From assembly GCA_964594835.1 (NCBI GenBank), contig CAZQNA010000001.1:1-64000 (forward strand): a DNA stretch of 64,000 nt. Direction: 5' to 3'. Of this stretch, positions 7,234 through 16,963 are shown one piece after another. The translations under genes and the position numbers were made by a program. Within the stretch, counting starts at the first letter, position 1, and every line of letters begins with the position of its first letter. Origin of the DNA: an uncultured Nitrososphaerota archaeon. Lineage in GTDB: Archaea; Korarchaeota; Korarchaeia; Korarchaeales; Korarchaeaceae. The notes beneath the pieces are model-generated. The model made no database searches, was not told the DNA's origin, and saw nothing but the letters and a program-made list of their open reading frames with translations.

Positions 7234-9561
7234 TCAGCGGGCTCCGAGGGTGAGCGCGAACCCGGCCTGCCCGAGCGCTATCCCTCCGTCGCCCGCAGGG
7301 ACCTTGGTGTTCAGCCTCACCTCTAGGTCCTCCCCCGCCAAGGCGTCCTCCAAGCCCCTCACCAGGATGGCGTTGACGGCGGCCCCGCCGGAGACCGCCA
7401 CGAAGTGGGCGTCCAGCCCCCGAGAGGCCCATGCGGCGACCTCGCCCAGCGCCCGCCCCAGGGAGTAGGTGACCGAGTAGGCCAGGTCTCGCGCCTCGAC
7501 GTCGCCCAGGCGCCCCAGGACCGACTCGACCAGGCGCGAGGTGTCCACCACGGCCACGCTCCCCCGCCTCACCGGCGCCTCCACCCCCTCAACGGGCCTT
7601 CCCCCACGCGCGGCCGCCTCAAGCTTCATTGCAGGCTCACCCTCGTAGGTCCTCTCGAAGCAGACGCCCAGGAGGGCCGACACAGCGTCCAGCACGCGCC
7701 CCGCGCTGGATATCCTCGCCCCCCCGGGGTCCCTGGCCTGAGACAGGGCGACGTAAGCCTCATCCTCTCCCCTGGGCAGCCTATCGATGAGCCCAAGCCG
7801 GGATAGGGTCTCCAGTACCTCCGAATCGGACATGAACGTCGAGAGCACGCCGGTCAGCATCCTGACCGGCCACCTCGTGGCTAGGTCCCCGCCGGGCATG
7901 GGCTGAGGCGCGAGGTGGCCCACCCTCTCGAACCCTCCGTAGCCCGACAGGAGGACCTCCCCTCCCCACAGCGTGCCGTCGAGCCCGTATCCCAGGCCGT
8001 CAACGGCCACGCCCACGATCCTCTCCTCCAAGGGAACCCTCTGCTCAACCATGACCGAGATCACGTGGGCGTGGTGGTGTTGAACAGCCGCCAGCTCCGC
8101 CCCCGCCCGCTCCGCCCACCTCTCGGCGAGCCTCCGGCTGGCGTACCCGGGGTGGGCGTCCGCCACGAGGGTGGCCTCGGATGGATCTATGCCGTAGGCC
8201 TCGCAGAAGAACCGGAGGGCCCTGTCGAGGTAGTCCAGGTTCTCGAACTCGTCGGTGTCCCCTATGAACTGGGTGAGCACAACTTTGTCCCGGAAGGCCA
8301 CGGCGCCTGCGCTCTGGAGCTCCGCGCCGAACGCCACGACGGGCCTCTCCAACTCGGCGGGGAGCCTTATCCAGGCGGGGGCGTACCCCCTGCCGCGCCT
8401 GAGCATGGTCACCCTGCCGGCGGTGAACCTGACGACGCTGTCGTCCACCCTGTTCACGATCCTCCTGTCGTGGTGGAGGAAGTAGTCCACGAATCCCGAC
8501 AGCCTCCGCCTGGCGCACTCCTCGTCGGTGCACATGGGCTTCCCGTGCTCGTTCCCGCTGGTCATGATGAGGATGCGGTCCCCCGTCTCCCTCAGGAGCA
8601 TGTGGTGAAGGGGGGTGTAGGGCAGCATGACCCCGACGGTGTCGAGGCCCGGCGCCACGAGTTCCGAGATTGGAGAGCCGGGCCTCCTGGGCAGCAGGAC
8701 TATGGGCCTCTCCGGGCTGGTGAGGATCGCCTCCGCCTGGGGGTCGACCTCCACGTGCTCTCTAGTCACGTCCAGGTCGAGGGCCATGAGCGCGAAGGGC
8801 TTCTGGGGCCTCCTCTTCCTCTCCCTGAGCCTGGCCACGACCCCATCGTCCGTAGCGAGGCAGGCGATGTGGTATCCACCGACCCCCTTTATCGCCACCA
8901 CCGCCCCCTCGTCGATCAGCCTGGCCGCCTCCGAGATCGGGTCCCCCACCTCGAGCCTGCTCCCCGAGGAGTCCTCCATCCAGAGCCTGGGCCCGCACCT
9001 GGGGCACGATATGCCCTGGGCGTGGAACCTCCTCACGTTCTCCGGGTCCTCATACTCCCTCCGGCAGTCGTCGCACAGGGGAAAGTCCCTCATGGACGTG
9101 TTTGGCCTGTCGTAGGGGACCGCCTCTATCATGGAGAACCTGGGCCCGCACCAGGCGCAGCTGTTGAACGGGTAGTGGTAGTGCCTGTCCCCTGGGTCGT
9201 AGACCTCCCTGAGGCAGTCGTCGCACACGGCCAGGTCGGGCGGGATCATGGAGTAGAGCCTGGCCCCCCTCCTGCTAGGCAGGATCCGAAACTCCTCCAA
9301 GCCCGTGGGCTGGTCCTCGGTCATGGTGAGTTCCTCTATCCTGGCCGGAGGGGGCTTCTCCAGCAGCAGGAGCTTAAGGAACTCTGCTATCTGCCCCTCC
9401 TCCCCCTCAACCCTTATCTCCACCTCGCTGCCGCCCATGTTCCTGACGTATCCGCCCACTCCAGCCTTCCTGGCCGCCCTGTGAACGAACGGCCTGAATC
9501 CTACCCCCTGAACTATCCCGGAGACCCTGAGGACCGCGGCCTTCCTCGGACTCTGGCGCAC
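7234..9561 (-). CDS. hypF: Carbamoyltransferase HypF
   Basis: GIVQGVGFRPFV acylphosphatase domain, two CxxC zinc fingers, QHHHAH, GDGGIALGQ. Confidence 0.97.
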   Translation of the reverse strand: MRQSPRKAAVLRVSGIVQGVGFRPFVHRAARKAGVGGYVRNMGGSEVEIRVEGEEGQIAEFLKLLLLEKPPPARIEELTMTEDQPTGLEEFRILPSRRGARLYSMIPPDLAVCDDCLREVYDPGDRHYHYPFNSCAWCGPRFSMIEAVPYDRPNTSMRDFPLCDDCRREYEDPENVRRFHAQGISCPRCGPRLWMEDSSGSRLEVGDPISEAARLIDEGAVVAIKGVGGYHIACLATDDGVVARLRERKRRPQKPFALMALDLDVTREHVEVDPQAEAILTSPERPIVLLPRRPGSPISELVAPGLDTVGVMLPYTPLHHMLLRETGDRILIMTSGNEHGKPMCTDEECARRRLSGFVDYFLHHDRRIVNRVDDSVVRFTAGRVTMLRRGRGYAPAWIRLPAELERPVVAFGAELQSAGAVAFRDKVVLTQFIGDTDEFENLDYLDRALRFFCEAYGIDPSEATLVADAHPGYASRRLAERWAERAGAELAAVQHHHAHVISVMVEQRVPLEERIVGVAVDGLGYGLDGTLWGGEVLLSGYGGFERVGHLAPQPMPGGDLATRWPVRMLTGVLSTFMSDSEVLETLSRLGLIDRLPRGEDEAYVALSQARDPGGARISSAGRVLDAVSALLGVCFERTYEGEPAMKLEAAARGGRPVEGVEAPVRRGSVAVVDTSRLVESVLGRLGDVEARDLAYSVTYSLGRALGEVAAWASRGLDAHFVAVSGGAAVNAILVRGLEDALAGEDLEVRLNTKVPAGDGGIALGQAGFALTLGAR

Positions 9562-9639
9562 CGCCCACCACCCGGAGGTCAGGCTATTAAGCAGCTTGGG
9601 GCGCCCCGGCCGGGGGCCCGGCCTCCGATCGGAGACCCG

Positions 9640-10818
9640 TCAGATGACGCCGAGCTCCCTGCCAACCTCTTCTGCGAGGCCCCCGCCGCCGAACTTGGCC
9701 CATATGGCGCACGTCCCCTCGGAGGAGACCATGCACGGGCCGTAGGGGTTCTCCGGGGTGCAGGCCCTGAGGAACATCGGGCAGTCGGTGGGCTTCGCCA
9801 TCCCGAGGGTCACCTCGGCGCACCTGCAGCCAGGCGGGAGGTCCCTCTCCCAGGCCTCTGGCGTGAGTTCCGGTATGCCGTAGGCCTCGAGCGCGTCGTA
9901 CCTCCTGAACTCTCCCTTGAAGGCGAGCCCGCTGCCGGGGACGAACCCTATCCCCCTCCACCCCGAGTCCACCACCTCGCACGTCCTGCTCATCAGCCTC
10001 TGGGCCTCTCGGTTCCCCTCCCAGCTCACCACCCTGGAGTACTCGTTCACCAGCCTGGCTCGGCCCTCCCTGACCTGCCTCAGGATCTCCAGGATCGCCA
10101 GGAGCACGTCGACGGGCTCGAATCCGGCGACGACCGTGGGTATCCCGTACTCGCTCGGGATGAACTCCCACGCCCCGGCTCCGGTTATGGCAGACACGTG
10201 GCCGGGGGCTATTATCCCGCGGATGGGCGCGCCGGGGTGGGTCTCCAGGACGTACCTGGTTATGGGAGGGGTCAGGCGGTGCACGTTGATGAACTTCAGG
10301 CTCTCCGGCGCGTCCCCGGCGCCTATCGGGGCGAGGGTGGCCGGGGCCGTCGTCTCGAAGCCGACGGCAAGGAAGACGGACTCTCTTCCGTCCTCTCTTG
10401 CCATCCTAACTGCGTCGAGGACGCTGTAGACGACCTCCACGTTCCCTCCCTCGGCCTTCGCCCTCTCGAGGCTCTTGGGGAGCTTGGTTCCGGGCGGTCC
10501 CTGGAGTCGGTAGGAATCGCCGTACGTGAAGACCCTGACGCCGTCCATGGCCAGCCTGACCGCCGCCTCGACGTAGTAGCCCGGAGTTATGCAGACAGGA
10601 CAGCCCGGGCCCGCGACGAGCTCGACGTTCGGGGGCATGAGGGACCTCAGGCCGTAGTGGGTGATCGTCCACTCGTGGGTGCCGCAGAAGTCCATGATCT
10701 TGACCGGCCCCTGAACCCCGTCCGCGACCCTCGATATGGCGGACGCTATTCGGGCGGCCAGGTCTCTCCTCCTGAACTTCTGGACGAGTTCTGCGAGCTC
10801 TCCTCCCTCCTCGGTCAT
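9640..10818 (-). CDS. hypD: Hydrogenase maturation protein HypD
   Basis: CGTHE, GPGCPVC, GFETT, PGHVS, GPCMVSSEGTC; start placed at ATG 10818. Confidence 0.97.
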   Translation of the reverse strand: MTEEGGELAELVQKFRRRDLAARIASAISRVADGVQGPVKIMDFCGTHEWTITHYGLRSLMPPNVELVAGPGCPVCITPGYYVEAAVRLAMDGVRVFTYGDSYRLQGPPGTKLPKSLERAKAEGGNVEVVYSVLDAVRMAREDGRESVFLAVGFETTAPATLAPIGAGDAPESLKFINVHRLTPPITRYVLETHPGAPIRGIIAPGHVSAITGAGAWEFIPSEYGIPTVVAGFEPVDVLLAILEILRQVREGRARLVNEYSRVVSWEGNREAQRLMSRTCEVVDSGWRGIGFVPGSGLAFKGEFRRYDALEAYGIPELTPEAWERDLPPGCRCAEVTLGMAKPTDCPMFLRACTPENPYGPCMVSSEGTCAIWAKFGGGGLAEEVGRELGVI

Positions 10819-10909
10819 CGGCTCAGGGCAGGGGCCGTGGAATTGATAACCTTCTCCCGCGCGCGGCGCAAGCTTTTCAGCCGGGCCGCGACCGTCGGGG
10901 GAGGGGGAC

Positions 10910-11404
10910 ATGAGGATACTCGTCGCGGGCGTGGGAGACAGGCTCATGGGGGATGACGGCATCGGCCCCGCCGTCATCGAGGAGCTGACGAGGAGGAGCC
11001 TGCCCGAGGGCGTGGACGCGGTCGACTACGGCACGTCGCTGATGAGCCTGCTCCACGATCTGCCGGAGTACGACGCGCTGATAGTCGTGGACGCGGTCGA
11101 CCTCGGAGGCAGGCCTGGAGACGTCAGGGTCCTCAAGATCACCCCCGAGGACCTGGCCCGTGTCGACAAGGCCGAGGCGGCCGGTCTCATGACCCTCAGC
11201 TACCACGAGGCGGACCTCGACGCCATCCTCTCGATGGCCAGGGAGCTCGGCGTCCTGCCTGAGAGGGTCTACCTGGTCGGGGTTCAGCCCGATAGAATAG
11301 AGCTGAGCTTGGATCTATCTCGAACTGCTCAGGAATCTCTCCCGAAGGTTATAGAGTATGTAGAGCGTCTCCTGAGCGAGTTGGGCGGGGCAGTCGAGTC
11401 CTGA
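10910..11404 (+). CDS. Hydrogenase maturation endopeptidase (HybD/HyaD family)
   Basis: GVGDRLMGDDGIG, VDYGT, IVVDAV, SYHE, VGVQP. Confidence 0.93.
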   Translation: MRILVAGVGDRLMGDDGIGPAVIEELTRRSLPEGVDAVDYGTSLMSLLHDLPEYDALIVVDAVDLGGRPGDVRVLKITPEDLARVDKAEAAGLMTLSYHEADLDAILSMARELGVLPERVYLVGVQPDRIELSLDLSRTAQESLPKVIEYVERLLSELGGAVES

Positions 11405-11479
11405 CCTGGATGCGCACAAATCCTTAACTAATCGGTCAAAAAACGGGGATGCCGCTGGGTAGCGACCCGCCTCCAGCTT

Positions 11480-11650
11480 TTGACAGCTGTAAGGATATTC
11501 AAGTATAAAGATTACGATAGATTATGTGGAATCTTTTTAGTAAAACGATTGAGAAGGGAAGGATGGTCTGGTAACACCAAAGCACGACAATTGTAACACC
11601 AGACCAATTTATATGTTATCAAGTCGACAACTGTGAAGCCCTCGATAGGA
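11480..11650 (+). promoter_or_regulatory. AT-rich hydrogenase operon promoter with repeated operator-like motifs
   Basis: TTTATAT at 11608-11614; three GACAnnTGT boxes (11482, 11586, 11626); TGGTCTGGT/ACCAGACCA inverted repeat (11564-11572 / 11598-11606); AGGAGGTGA SD just downstream. Confidence 0.6.
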
Positions 11651-11661
11651 GGTGAACTCTG

Positions 11662-12864
11662 TTGGAACTCAACAGGAGGAAGTTTCTGACGACTTCCTTG
11701 GTGTATGCCGCCATCTTGGCCATGTCCAAAACCGCAGAGGCCAACGCGACGGTCAGAAGGGCTTCTAAGCTCGTCGAGAGGATGCTGCAGGGTCAGGAGC
11801 AGCCGATACACGTGATCTGGATCCAGGGACAGACGTGCAGCGGGGACAGTATTGCCCTTCTCAACGCTGTGGAGCCCAGCATCGTGGACGTGCTGATAGG
11901 CCAGGTCAAGGGAGTTCCGCCGGTTGAGCTGAACTACCACCCAACCCTCATGGCCCAGTGGGGGGTCGATCACCTTGAGGGTCCCGAGGGGCCCACCGCC
12001 CAGGCGTGGGACGCCAACCGGATACTCGAGGATGCTGCGGCAGGGGCGTACGACCCGTTCGTGCTCATAGTGGAGGGATCCGTCCCGACGGAGGACCAGG
12101 CCAAGGCCGCGGGAGGATTCTTCTGCACGGTCGGTGAGAAGGATGGCGAGGAGTACTACTTCGAGGACTGGCTGAAGAAGCTGGCTCAGAGGGCGGCGGC
12201 GGTCGTGGCCATAGGGACCTGCGCGACCTACGGCGGCATCCCAGCGGGGACTCCCAACCCCACCGGGTCCAGGGGAGTCTATGACGTCCTGGGGAGGGAC
12301 TGGAAGAGCGCCCTGGGCCTGCCGGTCATAAACGTCCCGGGCTGTCCGGCTGCGGGAGACTGGCAGGTGAAGACGATAGCCCACCTCCTCCTGACGGTCA
12401 AGGGCCTCCTCCCGCCACCCGAGCTCGACGAGTTCAACAGGCCGACCTTCCTGTACGGCGAGACCGTCCACGAGACGTGCTCCAGGGGAGTCTACTTCGC
12501 GCTCGGGGAGTTCTCCAAGGAGTACGGGGCCCCGTTCTGCATGTACGCCCTGGGCTGCAAGGGCCCGATAGTCCACTGCCCGCTGAACAAGACCGGCTAT
12601 GTGGAGGGCGTCGGCATGTGCACGGAGTACGGGGCACCATGTATAGGCTGCACGGAGCCCGACTTCCCGGACGAGCCCCTGGCGCCCTTCCTGAAGGAGC
12701 TGCCGACCTTCCTGCTGCCTCCTGAGACTCCCACCCCTGTAGCAGCCCCGGCCTCCAAGGGAGCCGCCGTGGCCGGAGCCGTCGTCGGGGCGATAGCCGC
12801 CGGAAGCCTGGTCTACGCCGCCACCAAGAAGGGCTCCTCGGAGGAGGGTGAGGCCTCGGAGTAA
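11662..12864 (+). CDS. Group 1 [NiFe]-hydrogenase small subunit (Tat signal, C-terminal anchor)
   Basis: NRRKFL Tat motif, QTCSGD, GTCATYGG, VPGCP, HETC, CMYALGCKGP, CIGC, C-terminal TM helix. Confidence 0.95.
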   Translation: MELNRRKFLTTSLVYAAILAMSKTAEANATVRRASKLVERMLQGQEQPIHVIWIQGQTCSGDSIALLNAVEPSIVDVLIGQVKGVPPVELNYHPTLMAQWGVDHLEGPEGPTAQAWDANRILEDAAAGAYDPFVLIVEGSVPTEDQAKAAGGFFCTVGEKDGEEYYFEDWLKKLAQRAAAVVAIGTCATYGGIPAGTPNPTGSRGVYDVLGRDWKSALGLPVINVPGCPAAGDWQVKTIAHLLLTVKGLLPPPELDEFNRPTFLYGETVHETCSRGVYFALGEFSKEYGAPFCMYALGCKGPIVHCPLNKTGYVEGVGMCTEYGAPCIGCTEPDFPDEPLAPFLKELPTFLLPPETPTPVAAPASKGAAVAGAVVGAIAAGSLVYAATKKGSSEEGEASE

Positions 12865-12872
12865 GGGGGTGA

Positions 12873-14663
12873 GTGAGCATGGGGAAGATCGAGGTAATCC
12901 TGGACCCGATCACCAGGATTGAGGGCCACATGGCCATCCACGCCGTGATGGACTCCGACTCCCGGAAGGTGGTGGAGGCCCACAGCTACGCCACCATGTT
13001 CAGGGGGTTCGAGATCATACTGAAGGGCAGGGACCCGCCGGACGCCATATTCATCAACCAGAGGATCTGCGGTGTCTGCCCGGTCCCCCACGCCTACGCC
13101 GCGGCCATGGCGGAGGACATGGCCCTGGGCGCCAGCCCGCCTCCGCTGGCCATAGTGCTTAGGAACCTGACCGACGCCGCCGAGATCCTGTACGACCACC
13201 CGATCCACCTGTTCCAGCTGGCCGGCCCCGAGTACAGCGCGGCCATCGTGTCCAAGTTCAACAAGGCCTGGTGGGAGGCCGCCAAGGACTTCACGTGCGA
13301 GCACCGGGACGTGCACGGCAAGAGCACCATGGCGGAGCTGATGGCCGCCCTCAACCCGTTCGAGGGGGACATCTACCTGTACACGCTGAAGATGGAGAGG
13401 CACGCCAGGAAGCTCGCCTCCCTGCTGGGGGCCAAGCACCCGCACGTCAACACGTTCGTCCCGGGCGGCGTGGCCAGGACTTGGACCGCCAACGAGGCCA
13501 CGAAGGCCCTCAGCATGGTCATGGCCCTCGCGGGCTTCTCCAAGCTGGTCGTCAGGGTCTGGGACGACATAGCCAGGTTCCTCTACGAGGTGGGCTACGA
13601 GTGGGCCGGCGCCAGGCCCGCGAACATGATAGCCTACGGGACCATCGAGGACCCGGAGGAGTACGACGGCAAGTACGAGAACATGTCCAGGTGGGGCGAC
13701 AAGAAGGCGTTCCCGCCCGGCGTGGTCTACCACGGCGAGCTGGTGACCCACGACCTGAAGGAGATCAACTTGGGCGTCAGGCAGTTCGTGGCGCACAGCT
13801 ACTACGATGAGTGGTCTCAGGAGTTCGACAAGGATCCAGAGGGCAATTCTCTCGACGCCAGGCACCCGTGGAACAAGGAGACGATACCCAAGCCTCAGGA
13901 GAGGGACTGGAACGGAAAGTACTCCTGGGGGACGGCGCCGAGGTGGTACGACAGGTCGGGCAGGAAGTACGTCGTGGAGGCAGGCCCCATATCGAGGATA
14001 TACGTCTCCGCCCTGGCTGGCCTGACCAACTTCGACAGCCCGTACTCCTCCATCCACACCGGCGGCGGCAGGGTCACGATCTCCCTGCCCGAGACCAAGA
14101 GCGAGCTGCTCCCGCCCAGCCTGTGGGAGCCCATGGAATTCGAGTGGAGGGTACCCGACCTCAGCTACGGCGGCGTGCCGTACATCAACACCATTGAGAG
14201 GCTCAAGGCCAGGGCCTACAACCACGCCTACTACGCCGCCTCGGCCCTGCTCGACGTGCTCCACATGATCAAGTACATGGGCGAGGGCAAGACCAGCGTC
14301 TGGACCGAGTTCGAGAGGCCCGAGTTCTCCATGGGGGTGGGCATGAACGAGGCCGCCAGGGGAGCCCTCGGGCACTGGATAGTGGTCAAGAACGGCAGGA
14401 TACACAGGTACCAGATCATCACGCCCACCGCCTGGAACATCTCCCCGATGGACGCGGACGGCGACCACGGCCCCGTGGAGGAGGCCGCCGTCGACACGCC
14501 CATAACCGAGGACCACGGCACGCCCGACAACTGGGTCGGAGTCGATCCGATGAGGGTGGTCAGGAGCTACGACCCCTGCCTCGCCTGCACGGTGCACCTG
14601 TACCTGGGCAAGAGGCTGCTGAGGAAGGTCGACCACAACCCGATCGGGTGCACCCTCGGGTGA
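12873..14663 (+). CDS. Group 1 [NiFe]-hydrogenase large subunit
   Basis: DPITRIEGH, L1 RICGVCPVPH, EAARGALGHW, L2 DPCLACTVH plus a cleavable C-terminal extension. Confidence 0.97.
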   Translation: MSMGKIEVILDPITRIEGHMAIHAVMDSDSRKVVEAHSYATMFRGFEIILKGRDPPDAIFINQRICGVCPVPHAYAAAMAEDMALGASPPPLAIVLRNLTDAAEILYDHPIHLFQLAGPEYSAAIVSKFNKAWWEAAKDFTCEHRDVHGKSTMAELMAALNPFEGDIYLYTLKMERHARKLASLLGAKHPHVNTFVPGGVARTWTANEATKALSMVMALAGFSKLVVRVWDDIARFLYEVGYEWAGARPANMIAYGTIEDPEEYDGKYENMSRWGDKKAFPPGVVYHGELVTHDLKEINLGVRQFVAHSYYDEWSQEFDKDPEGNSLDARHPWNKETIPKPQERDWNGKYSWGTAPRWYDRSGRKYVVEAGPISRIYVSALAGLTNFDSPYSSIHTGGGRVTISLPETKSELLPPSLWEPMEFEWRVPDLSYGGVPYINTIERLKARAYNHAYYAASALLDVLHMIKYMGEGKTSVWTEFERPEFSMGVGMNEAARGALGHWIVVKNGRIHRYQIITPTAWNISPMDADGDHGPVEEAAVDTPITEDHGTPDNWVGVDPMRVVRSYDPCLACTVHLYLGKRLLRKVDHNPIGCTLG

Positions 14664-14691
14664 GAGGGAGGGTCCACCACACCAGGGAGGT

Positions 14692-15579
14692 GTGTTGAAC
14701 ATGACGGAGCGCGAGAGTCCCCCGATCGCCGACAGGAGGACGTTCCTCAAGGCCGCGGCCGCCCTAGCGGCGGCCCTCCCCCTCCTCAAGGCCAAGGAGG
14801 TCGTCGGATCCGCCTCGACAGGAGAGGGGGGAGTCAGGTACTCCATCCTCTACGACTCGGCAGCCTGCATTGGATGCAACGCCTGCCACGTGGCGTGCAA
14901 GACGAGGCGCGGGTTCCCGATCCGCGGGATGGTGGAGAGGGAGCTGTCCCCCGTCAACTGGGTCTTCGTCTCCAGAGCCCCCTCTGGGGGACAGCTCCAG
15001 ACCCCACCATTCGTGAGACACTCCTGCATGCACTGTGAAGACGCCATGTGCCAGCTGGTCTGCCCGGTCGAGGCCATCAGGAAGTGGAACGGGCTCGTCT
15101 ACATCGACCAGAGCAGGTGCATAGGGTGCGCCTACTGCGTCGAGGCCTGCCCGTACGGAGTGCCCAGGAAGAACGAGGGGCCCAGCTGGGGAGACTGGGC
15201 ACCCCACGGCGTCAGCAGGAAGTGCGACGGCTGCTACGCCTTCGTGCAGGAGGGCAAGATACCGGCGTGCGTCGAGGCCTGCCCGGCCGACGCGCTGAGG
15301 TTCGGAACCAGGGACGAGATAGTCGCTGAGGCGCAGAGGCGCGTCTCGGAGAACCCGAACCTCTGGATCTACGGGCTCAACGAGTTCGGCGGGCTCGGCG
15401 TCATCTACATCTTCCCGAAGGGCTTCGATCCAGTCAGGGAGGGTCTGTTCCCGGAGCCGTCCGAGGGGTACCGCCCGTCGGTCAGCAGGGGGCCCATCGC
15501 GCTGGGGCTGGCTGCCGTGGGAGGGCTGGCGCTGATGGGCGCCGTGAAGGCCAAGGCGCGGGGCGAGGGAGGTGAGTGA
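14692..15579 (+). CDS. HybA/DmsB-type 4x[4Fe-4S] electron-transfer subunit (Tat signal)
   Basis: DRRTFLK, CIGCNACHVAC, CMHCEDAMCQLVCP, CIGCAYCVEACP, KCDGC; C-terminal TM helix. Confidence 0.92.
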   Translation: MLNMTERESPPIADRRTFLKAAAALAAALPLLKAKEVVGSASTGEGGVRYSILYDSAACIGCNACHVACKTRRGFPIRGMVERELSPVNWVFVSRAPSGGQLQTPPFVRHSCMHCEDAMCQLVCPVEAIRKWNGLVYIDQSRCIGCAYCVEACPYGVPRKNEGPSWGDWAPHGVSRKCDGCYAFVQEGKIPACVEACPADALRFGTRDEIVAEAQRRVSENPNLWIYGLNEFGGLGVIYIFPKGFDPVREGLFPEPSEGYRPSVSRGPIALGLAAVGGLALMGAVKAKARGEGGE

Positions 15580-16444
15580 TGTGTTCGTGTGGGGCTGGCT
15601 CGTAACGCTGTACCTCTTCCTCGGTGGGCTTAGCGCCGGCCTCTTCGCGGCCACAGCCGGGCTGGACTTCGTGGGCGGGAAGAGGTTCAAGAGGACGGTC
15701 GAGTGGGGGGCCTACTGGTCCTGGGTCATCATAGCGCTGGGCATATGCATGCTGATCCTGGACCTGGGGAGGCCCGAGAGGGCCTTCAACACCATGCTGC
15801 ACCCACACCCGGTGTCGCCGATGAGCTGGGGGTCCATTGTGATAGTGCTGTTCATGGTCCTGGCCCTGGCCTACTGGCTCGCTCACACCGGCGTGATAGT
15901 GAGGAGGATACTCAGGCCCCTCTGGGACCTCCTCGTCAGGCTGAAGACCATCATAGGCATCTTGGGGGGCATGTTCGCCTTCATGACAGGGGCCTACACC
16001 GGTATACTGCTCACGTACGCCAGGCACGCCATGTGGGCCTCCGCGGCGCTTCCGGCGCTCTTCCTGGCCTCGGCGCTGGCGACGGGATACGCCCTGTTCT
16101 CGGTCATAGTAGAGAGGACCGGCGAGGTGCACGGCACGGGGCTCGCGGCGAAGGTCCCCATGTACGAGGCTGTGCTCGGGGTGCTGGAGCTCCTGGCCGC
16201 CGGCGCCTACGTGGCCCTGCTCCCGGCCGAGGCGCGGGCCGCCCTCCTCAGCGTGTCCAACCCCTACGGCCTAGTATTCCTCCTGGTCTTCCTGCTGGCC
16301 GGGGTGATCTTCGGCGAGATAGTGCTGCCTCTGCTGGAGATGAAGGCCGGAGGTTCGGCCACACTATTCCTATCGGCGTTCCTGACCCTACTGGGCGGCC
16401 TCGCGCTGAGGTACGTCGTCGTCTTCCTCGGTCAGTCCATCTGA
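15572..16444 (+). CDS. NrfD/PsrC-type membrane anchor
   Basis: WGWLVTLYLFLGGLSAG, DLGRPER, SPMSWG, YTGILL, LRYVVV. Confidence 0.92.
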   Translation: MSDVFVWGWLVTLYLFLGGLSAGLFAATAGLDFVGGKRFKRTVEWGAYWSWVIIALGICMLILDLGRPERAFNTMLHPHPVSPMSWGSIVIVLFMVLALAYWLAHTGVIVRRILRPLWDLLVRLKTIIGILGGMFAFMTGAYTGILLTYARHAMWASAALPALFLASALATGYALFSVIVERTGEVHGTGLAAKVPMYEAVLGVLELLAAGAYVALLPAEARAALLSVSNPYGLVFLLVFLLAGVIFGEIVLPLLEMKAGGSATLFLSAFLTLLGGLALRYVVVFLGQSI

Positions 16445-16465
16445 CCACTCCCCTCTCTTTTTATT
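16445..16465 (+). terminator. Pyrimidine/T-tract terminator-like element
   Basis: CCACTCCCCTCTCTTTTTATT after the NrfD stop. Confidence 0.45.
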
Positions 16466-16516
16466 CGACCGACCCGGCCTTCGCCGACGACGCGGCTTGC
16501 GGCGCGCAGGAGGTCG

Positions 16517-16963
16517 ATGGGCGAGATGCACGAGTGGTCGTTGGCCGAGGCCCTTGTGACCTCCCTCTGCAGGTACGCGGAGCGGGAGGGGATCTCTAGA
16601 ATTGTCGAGGTTGACGTAGCCTATGGGGAACTCATGGAGCTCGACACCGGGATATTCGAGCAGGCCTTCGCCTCCATGGTCGAGGGAACCCCCCTCGAGG
16701 GCGCGAGGCTCGTCCTGAGGGAGGAGGAGGCGAGGTTCGTCTGCAACTCGTGCGGTCACACATGGGACTTCAAGGAGGCCGAGCGTCAGGTAGACTCTGG
16801 AGGCCCCAGGATAGCCGAGGAGGGGGGTGGGCTGGAGAGCCCACTCCACCTGATGCCGGGGCTGGCCACCGCCCTGATCAGGTGCCCGGCCTGTGGGAGC
16901 AGGGACTTCAGCCTAGAGCGAGGCGGAGACCTCAGGGTCGAGAGGGTGGTGGTGGAGAGATGA
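16517..16963 (+). CDS. hypA: Nickel metallochaperone HypA
   Basis: MHEWSLA, CNSC...CPAC zinc site with a long inter-motif insertion. Confidence 0.93.
   Translation: MGEMHEWSLAEALVTSLCRYAEREGISRIVEVDVAYGELMELDTGIFEQAFASMVEGTPLEGARLVLREEEARFVCNSCGHTWDFKEAERQVDSGGPRIAEEGGGLESPLHLMPGLATALIRCPACGSRDFSLERGGDLRVERVVVER

Noticed and set aside
9620-9640. Palindrome CTCCGATCGGAG between hypD and hypF
   Set aside because: A single short GC-rich hairpin; plausible by chance or as an ordinary 3' stem
7915-10956. 1013-aa + strand ORF
   Set aside because: Antisense shadow of hypF/hypD caused by high GC3; no recognisable motifs
12813-14846. 677-aa - strand ORF and similar long alternative-frame ORFs (e.g. 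21713..23056, 20544..21791, 43701..44840)
   Set aside because: They overlap well-supported genes and have G/R/P-rich shadow composition
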